A stretch of DNA of 64,000 nt from an uncultured Chloroflexia bacterium (lineage in GTDB: Bacteria; Chloroflexota; Limnocylindria; Limnocylindrales; CSP1-4): assembly GCA_963721765.1 (NCBI GenBank), contig CAVRJP010000005.1, forward strand, positions 207,058-271,057, given 5' to 3'. This document shows positions 44,514 to 54,276 of the stretch, one piece after another. Each line of letters starts with the position of its first letter. Within the stretch, counting starts at the first letter, position 1. Under the pieces are notes generated by a model. That model saw only the letters and a program-made list of their open reading frames with translations, ran no database searches and had not been told where the DNA came from. The position numbers and the translations under genes are program-made.

Positions 44514-45772
44514 GCGCCGGGTTCGGTCGGCTGGAGGACTCGCCCGTGTACGCGGACCAGTTCCAGATCTACCACGGCAACTCGAACCCGGAGCTCGCCC
44601 GGAAGATCTGCCGCTACCTCGGGATCGAGGCTGGCCCGGTCAAGGTCTTCCAGTTCGCGAACGAGAACATCTTCGTCCAGATCCTGGACAACGTCCGGGA
44701 GAAGGACGTGTTCATCGTCCAGCCCACGAGCAGCCCCGTGAACCAGTCGATCATGGAGCTGCTGATCATGATCGACGCCTTCAAGCGGGCGTCGGCCGGG
44801 CGAATCACGGCGGTCGTGCCGTACTACGCCTACGGCCGCTCCGACAAGAAGGACCAGCCCCGGGTCCCGATCACCGCTCGCCTCGTGGCCGACATGATCA
44901 GCGTTGCCGGCGCGGACCGGGTCCTGACGATGGACCTCCACCAGGGCCAGATCCAGGGCTTCTTCAACATCCCGGTCGACGAGCTGACCGCGGTCCACAT
45001 CCTGTCGAACTACTTCAAGCACAAGCACCTCGAGGACCTCGTGGTGGTCACCGACCTCGGGTTCGCGAAGCGCGCTCGCACGTTCGCGGAGCTGCTTGAC
45101 GCGCCCCTCGCGATCATCGAGAAGCGGCGGGTCGGCAACCTCGACCGGGCCGAGATCCTCAACGTCATCGGCGAGGTCGCGGGCAAGCGGGCGATCATCG
45201 TCGACGACGAGGTCGACACTGGTGGGACGCTCATCGAGACGGTCAACGCCCTGGCGAACGAGGGCGTCACCGAGATCTACGCCTGCGCCACCCATGGCGT
45301 CCTCTCGGGGCCGGCCGCGGGCCGGATCGAGGACTCTGCGCTGCGCGAGCTCGTGCTGACCGACACGGTGCCGCTGCCCGCCGGCAAGCGGATCGGCAAG
45401 ATCACGACGCTCTCGATCGCTCCGCTCATCGGCGAGGCGATCAAGCGCATCCATCGCGGAGAGTCCGTCGGCGCGCTCTTCTCCAGCGAGGTCGAGTTCA
45501 CCCAGGAGATGCTCCTGTGGGAGGACGGCGTCGCCCGCAAGCTCGACATCCGGGTCCAGCCGGGCGAAGGCGACGACGGCCCCGACACGGCGAACGGCAA
45601 CGACGGCCCGAGTGCCGGCCCGGACTCGAGTGGCGACAGCGGGACCGACGAGGACGCCGGCGATGGGCCGGGACCCGATGGGCCGAAGGACGAGCCCAGC
45701 GGCCCGCTCGATGACAAGCCCGCGGCGTGGCTGGATCGCCTCTCGCCGTCGAGGACCGCGGAACGGCGATGA
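44510..45772 (+). CDS. prs: Ribose-phosphate pyrophosphokinase with a ~100-aa acidic Gly/Pro/Asp-rich C-terminal tail
   Basis: PRPP-binding loop ([11 protein letters not shown]) and Prs core of ~320 aa, then ...[51 protein letters not shown].... Confidence 0.85.
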   Translation: MSAGFGRLEDSPVYADQFQIYHGNSNPELARKICRYLGIEAGPVKVFQFANENIFVQILDNVREKDVFIVQPTSSPVNQSIMELLIMIDAFKRASAGRITAVVPYYAYGRSDKKDQPRVPITARLVADMISVAGADRVLTMDLHQGQIQGFFNIPVDELTAVHILSNYFKHKHLEDLVVVTDLGFAKRARTFAELLDAPLAIIEKRRVGNLDRAEILNVIGEVAGKRAIIVDDEVDTGGTLIETVNALANEGVTEIYACATHGVLSGPAAGRIEDSALRELVLTDTVPLPAGKRIGKITTLSIAPLIGEAIKRIHRGESVGALFSSEVEFTQEMLLWEDGVARKLDIRVQPGEGDDGPDTANGNDGPSAGPDSSGDSGTDEDAGDGPGPDGPKDEPSGPLDDKPAAWLDRLSPSRTAERR

Positions 45773-46029
45773 GCCTCCAGCTCCACCGGCCGGACGAGCG
45801 CGGCAACCTGAAGCCCGAGCCGGGCCCGCCGCCCGACTACCGCGACCAGCTGCGTTCGCCGCGATGGGGCCTCGCGCTGAAGGGCGGCCGCCTGCCCGCG
45901 ATGAAGAACCCGGAGATGCGCCCGACGTCGCGCCTCGTGGCGGTGATGTTCTGGGCCGGCCTCGCCGTGCTCACCTTCGTCGTCCTCGTGGGCGGGTACG
46001 GCCTCGGGATCTGGCAGTTCCCCTCCTGA
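45769..46029 (+). CDS. Hypothetical small protein with a C-terminal TM helix
   Basis: The ATG overlaps the prs stop (ATGA); 86 aa ending LVAVMFWAGLAVLTFVVLVGGYGLGIWQFPS. Confidence 0.4.
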   Translation: MSLQLHRPDERGNLKPEPGPPPDYRDQLRSPRWGLALKGGRLPAMKNPEMRPTSRLVAVMFWAGLAVLTFVVLVGGYGLGIWQFPS

Positions 46030-46068
46030 TCGGGGACCGAAGCGGGTCGCACCTATACTTCAGGCCCC

Positions 46069-49050
46069 ATGCGCAATTTCTTTTCCCGGTTCGTCGATTC
46101 GAACGACCGTGAGCTGAATCGGATCCAGCCGTTCGTCGACGAGGCGAACGAGCTGGAAGCCGAGATCAAGGCCCTGTCCGACGAGGACATCCGGTCGCGG
46201 TTCCTCGGCCTTCGCGAGGAGTTTCGCGAGACCCTCGTCGAGGAGGAGCCGTCCGACGACGAGCTCCATCACGCTGACCTGGAGCGCCGCCGCGAGCTCG
46301 CGAAGGCGCGCCGCAAGCGAAACAACGAGGCAATCCAGGAAGCCCTCGACGACATCCTGCCGGACGTCTTCGCGATGGCCCGCGAGGCGATGGTCCGGAC
46401 CCTCGGGATGCGCCATTTCGACGTCCAGCTGGTCGGTGGTGCCGTCCTCCACCAGGGCAAGATCGCGGAGATGCGGACGGGCGAGGGCAAGACGCTCGTC
46501 GCCCCGCTCGCGGCGATCCTGAACGCGATCGCCGACAAGGGCGTCCACATCGTGACCGTCAACGACTACCTCGCGCGCCGCGACCCGCAGTGGATGGGCC
46601 CGATCTATCACTTCCTCGGGCTCTCCGTCGGCATGATCATGGGCCAGCAGTCGGACGGCGGGCCGGCGTCGTACGTGTTCGAGCCGGGCTTCCCCACGAA
46701 CGACGAGCGGCTCATCAACCTGCGCCCGGCATCACGGAAGGAGGCGTACGCCGCCGACGTGACCTACGGCACGAACAACGAGTTCGGGTTCGACTACCTG
46801 CGCGACAACATGGCGACCGACCTCGAGTCCCGAGTCCAGCGCGAGCGCTACTTCGGGATCGTCGACGAGGTCGACAACATCCTCATCGACGAGGCGCGCA
46901 CGCCGCTGATCATCAGCGGCCAGGCCGAGGAGTCGGCGGACCTGTACTACACGATGGCCCGCCTCGTGCCCCGGCTCCGGGAGCGCCGGTCGGACTGGGT
47001 GGCGGGCGACGAGGACGATGGCGACTACTTCATCGACCTCAAGGACAAGGCCGTCTCACCGACCGAGGATGGGGTCGAGAAGATCGAGAAGCTGCTCGGC
47101 GTCGACAACCTGTACGACACGGACCCGCGCTTCGCCCGGCACTTCGAGCAGGCGCTCCGTGCTCATGCGCTCTACAAGCGCGACCGGGACTACATCATCA
47201 AGGACGGCGAGATCATCATCGTCGACGAGTTCACCGGGCGGCAGATGCCCGGACGGCGCTGGAGCGAGGGTCTGCACCAGGCGATCGAGGCGAAGGAGGG
47301 CCTGCGCGTCCAGCGCGAGAGCGTGACCCTCGCCACGATCACGTTCCAGAACTACTTCCGGCTGTACGACAAGCTCGCCGGGATGACCGGCACCGCGATG
47401 ACCGAGGCGGAGGAGTTCCACAAGATCTACCAGCTCGAGGTCGTCGGGGTGCCAACCCACCGCCCGATGGTCCGCGAGGACGACACCGACCTCGTCTACC
47501 TCAACGAGAAGGCCAAGTTCAACGCCGTCATCGACGAGATCGAGGACCTCCAGGCGGAGGGCCGGCCGGTCCTCGTCGGTACCGTGTCGGTCGAGAAGTC
47601 GGAACGGCTGTCCGATCTGCTCAAGCAGCGCGGGGTCAAGCACGAGGTCCTGAACGCCAAGTTCCACGAGAAGGAGTCGGGCATCGTCGCCCAGGCGGGC
47701 CGGACCGGCGCGGTGACCATCGCGACGAACATGGCCGGCCGCGGGACCGACATCCTCCTCGGCGGCAACCCGGCGGGCCTCGCCTCCGAGCTGCTCCACA
47801 AGCGCGGCCTCAACCCGGCGGAAGTCGACAAGGACACCTACGCCGAGGCGCTCGCGGAAGCCAGGAAGGTCACCGACGAGGACCACGAGCGCGTCGTCGA
47901 GGCGGGCGGCCTGCACATCGTGGGCACCGAGCGCCACGAGAGCCGGCGGATCGACAACCAGCTCCGCGGCCGCGCGGCCCGCCAGGGCGACCCCGGTTCG
48001 TCCCGCTTCTACCTGTCGCTCGACGACGACCTGATGAAGCGCTTCGCTTCGGACCGCGTCGCCGGGATGATGGAGCGCCTCGGGCTCGATGAGGACAACT
48101 ACATCGAGTCGGGCATCGTCGGCAAGACGATCGAGAGCGCGCAGACGAGGGTCGAGGGCTTCAACTTCGACATCCGCAAGCGAGTGGTCGAGTTCGACGA
48201 CGTCATCAGCCGCCAGCGCGAGACGATCTACGCGGAGCGTGACAAGGTCCTCCGCAACGAGGACCTGACCGAGACCATCCGGGTCTTCCTCGACGAGGAC
48301 CTCGAGGAGGTCGTGGAGCGCCACCTCGGCGGGCCCAACGAGGGCGCCGACGAGGAGACCATCGCGGCGCTCGTCCTCGAGCTGGGTCGGATGGGTATCG
48401 GCCGGGATCGTGCCGATCCCGCTGCGTTGCTCGAGCTTCGCTCGGCGGGCGCGATCACGGACCACCTCCGGGACATCGCCGACGAGATGCTCGAGGCGAA
48501 GGAGGCCGAGGTCGGCGCGGAGACCTGGGCGACGATGGAGCGCTTCGTCCTCCTCCGGACGATCGACTCGCTGTGGGTGGAGCACCTCACCGAAGTCGAC
48601 GACATGCGCCGGGGCATCGGCCTCCGGGGCTATGCCCAGCAGGACCCGCTCAACGAGTTCCGCAAGGAGGCGTTTCGCCTCTACGAGGAGCTCTCCGGGT
48701 TCATCCGCCACCAGGTCGCGAGCACGATCTTCCGGGTGTCACTCCAGGCCCAGCCACAGGCGCCATCCGGGGCGTTCGCGATGCCCGGCCCAGGGCAGCG
48801 GGCGAGAGGTGCGGTTGGGGCCGGCGCCGTGCGCGGCTCCGGAGCGCTCGGTGGGGTGGTCGCCCGTCCCGGCGTCCGCGCGATGGCCGGTCCGGGCGTG
48901 AGCGGGACGGCGGGCTCCACGGGCATGGCCACGGCCGGAGCGGCGCAGCAGGCCCGCCCGGGCTACACGCCGACCGGCGCGAAGATCGGGCGCAACGACA
49001 CATGCTGGTGCGGGTCGGGGCTGAAGTACAAGAAGTGCCACGGGCGCTAG
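46069..49050 (+). CDS. secA: Preprotein translocase ATPase SecA
   Basis: DEAD-like motor motifs (MRTGEGKTLVA, ...TNMAGRGTDI); ~100-aa Gly/Ala-rich insertion; C-terminal Zn-finger CWCGSGLKYKKCHG. A TATACT box 12 nt upstream of the ATG suggests a near-leaderless mRNA. Confidence 0.96.
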   Translation: MRNFFSRFVDSNDRELNRIQPFVDEANELEAEIKALSDEDIRSRFLGLREEFRETLVEEEPSDDELHHADLERRRELAKARRKRNNEAIQEALDDILPDVFAMAREAMVRTLGMRHFDVQLVGGAVLHQGKIAEMRTGEGKTLVAPLAAILNAIADKGVHIVTVNDYLARRDPQWMGPIYHFLGLSVGMIMGQQSDGGPASYVFEPGFPTNDERLINLRPASRKEAYAADVTYGTNNEFGFDYLRDNMATDLESRVQRERYFGIVDEVDNILIDEARTPLIISGQAEESADLYYTMARLVPRLRERRSDWVAGDEDDGDYFIDLKDKAVSPTEDGVEKIEKLLGVDNLYDTDPRFARHFEQALRAHALYKRDRDYIIKDGEIIIVDEFTGRQMPGRRWSEGLHQAIEAKEGLRVQRESVTLATITFQNYFRLYDKLAGMTGTAMTEAEEFHKIYQLEVVGVPTHRPMVREDDTDLVYLNEKAKFNAVIDEIEDLQAEGRPVLVGTVSVEKSERLSDLLKQRGVKHEVLNAKFHEKESGIVAQAGRTGAVTIATNMAGRGTDILLGGNPAGLASELLHKRGLNPAEVDKDTYAEALAEARKVTDEDHERVVEAGGLHIVGTERHESRRIDNQLRGRAARQGDPGSSRFYLSLDDDLMKRFASDRVAGMMERLGLDEDNYIESGIVGKTIESAQTRVEGFNFDIRKRVVEFDDVISRQRETIYAERDKVLRNEDLTETIRVFLDEDLEEVVERHLGGPNEGADEETIAALVLELGRMGIGRDRADPAALLELRSAGAITDHLRDIADEMLEAKEAEVGAETWATMERFVLLRTIDSLWVEHLTEVDDMRRGIGLRGYAQQDPLNEFRKEAFRLYEELSGFIRHQVASTIFRVSLQAQPQAPSGAFAMPGPGQRARGAVGAGAVRGSGALGGVVARPGVRAMAGPGVSGTAGSTGMATAGAAQQARPGYTPTGAKIGRNDTCWCGSGLKYKKCHGR

Positions 49051-49095
49051 ACCCGAGCGAACCTCCCAACCGACCTGCCGACCCTGCCTCGATCC

Positions 49096-49737
49096 GTGAA
49101 CCGCCCATCGATCCGCCGCACCGCGACCCAGCTCGTGATCGGGGCGTTGATCGGCTCCGTGGTGCTCGTCGGGTACATGGCCCATCAGATCTCGACCCAG
49201 GGATCACGCGACGAGCGGCGTCAGGTCGATGCGATCGTGGTGCTGGGCGCCGCGCAGTTCAACGGCCGCCCGAGCGACGTGTTCAAGGCTCGCCTCGAGC
49301 ACGCGGTCGCCCTGTACAAGGAGCAGCACGCGCAGTACCTCGTGGTCACCGGCGGCAAGGTGCCCGACGACTCGACGACCGAGGCCGCCGTCGCCCGGGC
49401 GTGGGCAATTGCGCATGGCGTCCCCGAGGAAGCGATCCTCGCCGAGGACGAAGGCCGCACCACGCTCGAGTCGCTGGAGGCTGTGGCCCGGATCTTTCGA
49501 GCGAACGGGTTCACGACCGGCCTGTTCGTGAGCGACGAGACGCACATGCTCCGCGTGCTCCGGATCTCGTCCGACCTCGGGATCGAGGCGTGGGGCTCGC
49601 CAACCCGGACGAGTCCGGCCGACCTCGACGAGTCGCGGCGCCGACGAGCGACCTTGCATGAGATCGCCGGCCTCGCGGTGTACTACCTCGGCGGCGCGAA
49701 CCTGGTCGGCGACGCCGCGACCGCGAGCAGCCCCTGA
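49096..49737 (+). CDS. DUF218 (YdcF/ElyC/SanA-like) domain protein
   Basis: N-terminal TM plus the DUF218 pattern (DAIVVLGAAQ...YLVVTGGK...). 213 aa. Confidence 0.65.
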   Translation: MNRPSIRRTATQLVIGALIGSVVLVGYMAHQISTQGSRDERRQVDAIVVLGAAQFNGRPSDVFKARLEHAVALYKEQHAQYLVVTGGKVPDDSTTEAAVARAWAIAHGVPEEAILAEDEGRTTLESLEAVARIFRANGFTTGLFVSDETHMLRVLRISSDLGIEAWGSPTRTSPADLDESRRRRATLHEIAGLAVYYLGGANLVGDAATASSP

Positions 49738-49827
49738 CGGGGGATTGGATCTGGCGAACCGGGTGCTCCCGACGCCTGGTTACCGCCCCGGGAATCGTCC
49801 GCCGAGGCAGATCGGCCATTTTCCCTC

Positions 49828-49856
49828 TTGGCGTGACGAAACCCGCAACCTATACT
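49828..49856 (+). promoter_or_regulatory. Sigma-70-like promoter (TTGGCG-17 nt-TATACT), ~110 nt upstream of the Cys-rich ORF/prfB pair
   Basis: Hexamers and spacing read directly from the sequence; followed by a GAGAGGG Shine-Dalgarno 6 nt before the GTG at 49968. Confidence 0.4.
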
Positions 49857-49967
49857 CCGAAAAACCCCCCAACGCGTCGCCCAGCGCCCCCTCGGCGAGT
49901 CGCGCCTGAGGCCGTGCCGCGCGCCGCGAATCGAATTTCCGGCCCCCGCCGCTGAAGAGAGGGATTC

Positions 49968-50195
49968 GTGAAGCAGGCTGAGGAAACGACCTTCGTCGAC
50001 CTGATCGCCTGCGAACGTGATTGCCGCAACTGCTCCTACGCCGCCGCTCTCGACTGCGACGGCAACTGTGGCGTCTGCCCCCACAACAGCTACTGTCCCT
50101 GCGTGAACCCCGTCGTCGTCCGGAGCAAGTCGGCCCTGCGGCTGATCGAGCTCCGCCCGATCCTGCTCCAGGACCTCCGGGTCCAGAAGAACTAG
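49968..50195 (+). CDS. Small (75-aa) cysteine-rich protein with 8 Cys (C-x3-C-x2-C ... C-x3-C-x2-C-P-x5-C-x-C), translationally coupled to prfB
   Basis: GTG start with a strong RBS, high GC3, and the stop codon overlapping the prfB GTG (TAGTG). Sequence ...LIACERDCRNCSYAAALDCDGNCGVCPHNSYCPCVNP... Confidence 0.55.
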   Translation: MKQAEETTFVDLIACERDCRNCSYAAALDCDGNCGVCPHNSYCPCVNPVVVRSKSALRLIELRPILLQDLRVQKN

Positions 50196-51329
50196 TGGAC
50201 GCCGCGCGCGTCCGCGACCTCGTGGAGCGGATCCGATCGACCTCGGGGCGTCTTTGACCTCCCAGGCAAGCAAACGCGGCTGACTGAGCTCGAGGCCCTC
50301 GCCTCGGAGCCGGGATTCTGGGAGGACAGCCGAGCAGCCCAGGACGTGCTCCGCGAGGCCGACGCGCTTCGCGGCGATGTGGAGCTCTGGTCCGGCCTGC
50401 TCCGGCGCACCGATGACCTCGAGGCGACGCTCGAGCTCGCCCAGGAATCGGGCGACGCCGAGCTCGAGGCCGAGGTGGATCGCTCCATCGACGACCTCGA
50501 CCGCGACTTCGCTCGCGAGCGCACCCAGCTCCTGTTCTCCGGCGAGTACGACGAGCGCCCGGCGATCCTGACGATCAGCGCCGGCGCCGGTGGCACCGAG
50601 GCGACCGACTGGGCCGCGATGCTCCTTCGGATGTACCTCAGGTGGGCCGAACGCCACCGCTGGAAGACCGAGGTCATCGACCAGCAGGAGGGCGAGCAGG
50701 CCGGCCTCAAGAGCGTCTCCGTCGCGGTCGACGGTCGCGGCGCCTACGGCTGGCTCCGTGCCGAGCGCGGCGTCCACCGGCTCGTCCGCATCAGCCCGTT
50801 CGATGCCCAGAACCGGCGCCAGACGACGTTCGGGCTCGTCGAGGTCATGCCCGAGCCCGACGAGGACGCGCCGATCGAGCTCGACTGGGATGAGATCCGG
50901 GTCGACACCTACCGCTCGCAGGGTGCGGGCGGGCAGCACGTCAACAAGACCGACTCGGCGGTGCGGCTGACCCACCTGCCCACGGGCATCGTCGCGCAGA
51001 GCCAGAACGAGCGGAGCCAGACCCAGAACAAGGAGACCGCGATCAAGGTCCTGAAGGCACGGCTCCTCGAACAACAGCTGGAGGCGAAGGAGGAGGAGCT
51101 GCGCAAGCTCCGCGGCGAGCACGTCGAAGCCGGCTGGGGCAACCAGATCCGGAGCTACGTCCTGCACCCGTACCAGATGGTCAAGGACCTGCGCACCCAG
51201 GTGGAGACATCGAATACAACAGCCGTGCTGGACGGCGATCTCGACGCCTTCATGCAGGCGGAGCTGGAGCGGCTCGCGACTCGGACAGACGACCCGGGCG
51301 ATGGGTCAACCGCGGGACCGCGGGACTAG
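50195..51329 (+). CDS. prfB: Peptide chain release factor 2, requiring a programmed +1 ribosomal frameshift
   Basis: ORF1 is VDAARVRDLVERIRSTSGRL-stop. The +1 frame from GAC continues DLPGKQTRLTELEAL... into the RF2 body (SPF motif; GGQ as GAGGQHVNKTDSAVRLTHLPTG). The shift site gGGGcgtCTTTGAC matches the E. coli SD-like/CUU UGA C paradigm. Confidence 0.93.
50247..50258 (+). promoter_or_regulatory. RF2 autoregulatory +1 frameshift site (internal SD-like GGGG, slippery CTT, in-frame TGA followed by C)
   Basis: Sequence GGG CGT CTT TGA C at codons 18-21 of prfB. Confidence 0.85.
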
Positions 51330-51336
51330 GCGAACG

Positions 51337-52305
51337 ATGGTCGTCCGGGTTGGGATCGCTGCCGGCTCGGACCTGGAGCCGCGCGGAATCACCTTTCGCG
51401 CCGCGACCTCCGACGACCTGCCCGACTGCCACCGGATCTGGCGCGAGGGAATCGACGCCTATCTCCAGCCGATGGGCTTCCCGCCGCTGCCCACCGACAA
51501 CCAGGGCCTGCGTCGGCTGCACGCCCACACCCTCGCGACGGACCCGACGCGATTCATGGTCGCGGAGCGTCGGGGGCGGTCGGGCCGGCAGCACGTCGTC
51601 GCGTTCGGGTCGGCGGTGGAGCGTGGTGAGCTGTGGTTCCTGTCGATGCTCTTCGTGGAGCCGGAGGAGCAGTCCCGCGGACTCGGGCGGGCGCTGCTCG
51701 CGCGGCTGCTCCCCCCGGATATCGAGCGGCGGATCCTCGCGACGTGCACGGACTCTGCCCAGCCGATCTCGAACGGGCTGTACGCCTCGCTCGGGATCGT
51801 GCCCCGGATGCCGCTCTTCAACCTCCTCGGCCGGCCGCGCCCTGGTGCAGCGTGGCCCGCGCTCCCGGCGGGCATCGTCGTCGAGCGCATCGCGGATTCC
51901 GCCGCGTGGCGCGAGAGCCCGGAGGTCGCGGCACTCGATCGGGAGCTCCTCGGCTTTGACCACCCACAGGACCACGCCTGGGTGCTGGACGAGCCACGGC
52001 GGGCGTTCACGTACCGGAGCGGAGCCGGCGAGCTCCTGGGCTACGGCTACGCCGGCGATGTCGGCCGGGTCGGCCCCATCGCCGTGACCGACGCGGCGCT
52101 CCTGGCGCCTGTGGTCGGGCACCTGCTGACGACCGTCGAACCGAGGGGCGCCTCGTCGATCTGGCTGCCCGGCGAGGCAGGCGAGGCGATCGCCAGCAGC
52201 ATTCGTGCCGGCCTCCGAATGGACGGCTTCCCGATCCTCGCCGGCTGGACCCGGTCCTTCGCAGACTTCACCAGATACGTACCAACGTCACCTGGCCTCA
52301 TCTGA
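51337..52305 (+). CDS. GNAT-family N-acetyltransferase (two-domain, ~320 aa)
   Basis: Acetyl-CoA binding motif (FVEPEEQSRGLGRALLARLL). The longer ORF from 51301 overlaps prfB, so the internal ATG was taken as the start. Confidence 0.6.
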   Translation: MVVRVGIAAGSDLEPRGITFRAATSDDLPDCHRIWREGIDAYLQPMGFPPLPTDNQGLRRLHAHTLATDPTRFMVAERRGRSGRQHVVAFGSAVERGELWFLSMLFVEPEEQSRGLGRALLARLLPPDIERRILATCTDSAQPISNGLYASLGIVPRMPLFNLLGRPRPGAAWPALPAGIVVERIADSAAWRESPEVAALDRELLGFDHPQDHAWVLDEPRRAFTYRSGAGELLGYGYAGDVGRVGPIAVTDAALLAPVVGHLLTTVEPRGASSIWLPGEAGEAIASSIRAGLRMDGFPILAGWTRSFADFTRYVPTSPGLI

Positions 52306-52447
52306 TCGGGTTATTGTTGGATGCAGAACCGGTGGTAGTTTCGAGGAGACGTGGCTCCAGACGCCGAACCTGCGATCGGAGTCCAGCCGTAACGGCGCGT
52401 CGCGTCCGCCGCGACCAGCCGTCGAGCCGACGACCTTGGAGCCGAGC

Positions 52448-53257
52448 GTGATTCTCCAGCGCCCCCGGGACCCGCACCTCAATTCGGCCGCCGATCAGGT
52501 CGATCCACTGCCGTATCGCGACCTCCTCGATCGGACGAACGGCCACGACGCCCGGACCTCCCGCCGACCCGTCCTCGTGCTCAACGACGTCACGAAGACC
52601 TACTCCACGGGTCGCGATGCGCTGAAGGACGTCGACCTCATCGTGCCCGAGGGCGACTTCGTGTTCCTCGTCGGTGCGTCAGGCGCGGGCAAGTCCACGC
52701 TCATGAAGCTCCTCATCCGCGACGAGCTCCCGACCCAGGGCACCGTCATCCTCGACGGCGACGACCTCGCCCGCCTGCCGCGCCGGAAGGTGCCGATGGT
52801 GCGCCGCAAGATCGGCATCGTGTTCCAGGACTTCAAGCTCCTCCCCACCAAGACGGTGCGCGAGAACATCGCGTTCGCCCTCGAGGTGACCGGCACGTCG
52901 CGCCGCAAGATTCGGCCGGCAGTCGACCGGGCGCTCTCGATCGTCGGGCTCACGGCGCAGGCCGACCAGTATCCGAAACAGCTCTCCGGTGGCGAGCAGC
53001 AGCGCACGGCGATCGCGCGGGCGCTCGTTCACGATCCCCGGATCGTCATCGCCGACGAGCCGACGGGCAACCTCGACCCCCTGATCAGCTGGGAGATCCT
53101 CCAGCTCCTCCTCAGGATCAACGAGCTCGGGGTGACCGTGCTGATGGCCACCCACGACGCCGACATCGTCACCGCGCTGCGCAAGCGGGTCGTTGCCCTC
53201 GAGGAGGGCCGGATCATCCGCGACGAGATCGGCGGCAGCTACCACCGCACGGACTGA
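52448..53257 (+). CDS. ftsE: Cell division ABC ATPase FtsE
   Basis: VLNDVTKTYSTGRDALKDV..., Walker A GASGAGKST, signature LSGGEQQR, Walker B IVIADEP. Start uncertain (GTG 52448 with GGAG, or GTG ~52577); the ORF is open from 52205. Confidence 0.85.
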   Translation: MILQRPRDPHLNSAADQVDPLPYRDLLDRTNGHDARTSRRPVLVLNDVTKTYSTGRDALKDVDLIVPEGDFVFLVGASGAGKSTLMKLLIRDELPTQGTVILDGDDLARLPRRKVPMVRRKIGIVFQDFKLLPTKTVRENIAFALEVTGTSRRKIRPAVDRALSIVGLTAQADQYPKQLSGGEQQRTAIARALVHDPRIVIADEPTGNLDPLISWEILQLLLRINELGVTVLMATHDADIVTALRKRVVALEEGRIIRDEIGGSYHRTD

Positions 53258-53261
53258 CCGG

Positions 53262-54146
53262 ATGCTCTCCTTCCTCTTCTTCAGCATCTCGCGCGCCTGG
53301 CAGGGCTTCTGGCGGAACGCGGCGATGAGCCTCGCCGCCACGGCGACGATGACCCTGATGCTGCTGCTGCTGTCCGGCTTCTGGATCGTCCAGGCCGGCT
53401 TCCTCGCGAGCCTGTCCTACGTCGAGGAGAAGGTCGGCGTGGTCGCCGACCTGAACGACGATGCGACGACGGCCGAGATCAGCGGCACGGAGGCGAGGAT
53501 CGCCGCGTTGCCCGAGGTCCGGTCCGTCGAGTACGTCTCGAAGGATGAGGCGCTCCGCCGCTACCGCGAGGAGCGCGCGGCGCAGGGCCAGCAGGACTTC
53601 ACGCCGTACCTGCCCGAGAACCCGCTCCCGGCGAGCTTCGAGGTCAAGCTTCGCCAGGCGGACGACTATCGCGCGGTCTCGGACGCGTTGAAGGCCGAGC
53701 CGATCGTCGCGATCGTGAAGAACATCGAGGACACGACCGAGCGGCTCGTCACGCTCACGAACTTCCTGCGCACCGCCGGCGTGGTCCTGCTGGCGGTCAT
53801 CGGCTCGATCGTCCTGTTCATCGTGATCAACACCATCCGCCTCGCCGTCCTGGGCCGGGCCGAGGAGATCGAGGTGATGCGCCTCGTCGGCGCGTCCGAC
53901 GCGTTCATCCGCTGGCCGTTCGTGTTCGAGGGCGCGCTCGTCGGCCTGCTCGGCGCGGCCGTCACGATGGGCGTCCTGCTCGGGGCAGCGGAGCCGCTGT
54001 CGCGGACGATGGTCGTCTTCTTCCAGATCCTGCCGATCAACATCGGCTCGATCTCGCGCGACGTGACTTTGCTCGTCGTGGGCGCGGGCACGGGCCTCGG
54101 CGTCGTCGGCGCGTGGGTGTCCGTGCGGACCTACCTGATCCGCTAG
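53262..54146 (+). CDS. ftsX: Cell division permease-like protein FtsX
   Basis: Four-TM FtsX topology with a large first periplasmic loop; follows ftsE. Confidence 0.85.
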   Translation: MLSFLFFSISRAWQGFWRNAAMSLAATATMTLMLLLLSGFWIVQAGFLASLSYVEEKVGVVADLNDDATTAEISGTEARIAALPEVRSVEYVSKDEALRRYREERAAQGQQDFTPYLPENPLPASFEVKLRQADDYRAVSDALKAEPIVAIVKNIEDTTERLVTLTNFLRTAGVVLLAVIGSIVLFIVINTIRLAVLGRAEEIEVMRLVGASDAFIRWPFVFEGALVGLLGAAVTMGVLLGAAEPLSRTMVVFFQILPINIGSISRDVTLLVVGAGTGLGVVGAWVSVRTYLIR

Positions 54147-54276
54147 CAACCCGCGGACGCATCAATGCGTCGAAGGGGCTTCACGACCCCCCACGCCATC
54201 GTCGCCTAGGCTTGCCGGTCCCGGCCAGCTCGTCCGGCCGACTCGTCCGTCCGACCTCGAGAGGAACCCGCGAACC

